Origin: Promethearchaeota archaeon
GTDB taxonomy: Archaea > Asgardarchaeota > Lokiarchaeia > Sigyniarchaeales > SOKP01
Reading direction: 5' to 3'
Length of the DNA stretch: 17,336 nt
NCBI GenBank assembly: GCA_048940645.1
Contig: JBHLOI010000066.1
Coordinates: 1 to 17,336 of the forward strand
Shown here one piece after another: positions 17,209-17,336 of the stretch. A program made the translations under genes and the position numbers. Position 1 is the first letter of the stretch, and each line of letters starts with the position of its first letter. The notes beneath the pieces were generated by a model, which saw only the letters and a program-made list of their open reading frames with translations, was not told where the DNA came from and searched no databases.

Positions 17209-17336
17209 TTAAAAACTAAAATCTAAAGGTTCATTACAATATGGACATTTATCTAGTTTTTTTTCCATAAATTTTCCACAAAACGGACAATATAAACCTG
17301 AATTATATTTGTGGTCTAATCTTGGTTCTTCTGTTT
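17209..17336 (-). CDS. 3' end of a gene with a C-terminal double zinc ribbon (partial, runs off the window)
   Basis: Manual translation: ...TEEPRLDHKYNSGLYCPFCGKFMEKKLDKCPYCNEPLDFSF*, with TAA at 17209-17211. Not in the ORF track. Ends 21 bp before PAC2. Confidence 0.82.
   Translation of the reverse strand, partial: TEEPRLDHKYNSGLYCPFCGKFMEKKLDKCPYCNEPLDFSF

Noticed and set aside
1-17336. Selenocysteine readthrough, frameshifted genes or CRISPR arrays
   Set aside because: All recognised proteins appear full length, with no in-frame TGA at a conserved Cys position. No regularly spaced repeats were seen.

Overview
AT-rich archaeal window, most likely from an Asgard archaeon (Lokiarchaeia-like). 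This is inferred from an intron-containing tRNA, a PAC2 proteasome chaperone, AGGAG/GAGGT-type ribosome-binding sites and proteins with C-terminal double-zinc-ribbon tails. Genes in order: TPR protein, thiolase, purE, rpiA, a 1329-aa membrane-anchored subtilase, tRNA-Ala(GGC), iron-sulfur flavoprotein, Asp/Glu racemase-family protein, an MFS transporter with a long helical tail, two hypothetical proteins, a Pol-beta-type nucleotidyltransferase, FadH-type 2,4-dienoyl-CoA reductase, PAC2, and the 3' end of a zinc-ribbon gene. Three highlights: (1) the subtilase resembles eukaryotic Site-1 protease (MBTPS1/SKI-1) in motifs and domain order well beyond the catalytic domain; (2) the tRNA-Ala carries two non-canonical introns (D-loop and T-loop) and none at the canonical 37/38 site; (3) the MFS transporter is fused to a tandem helical (MIT/TPR-like) repeat. 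No mobile element or CRISPR array was seen. Family assignments come from motif recognition, not database searches.
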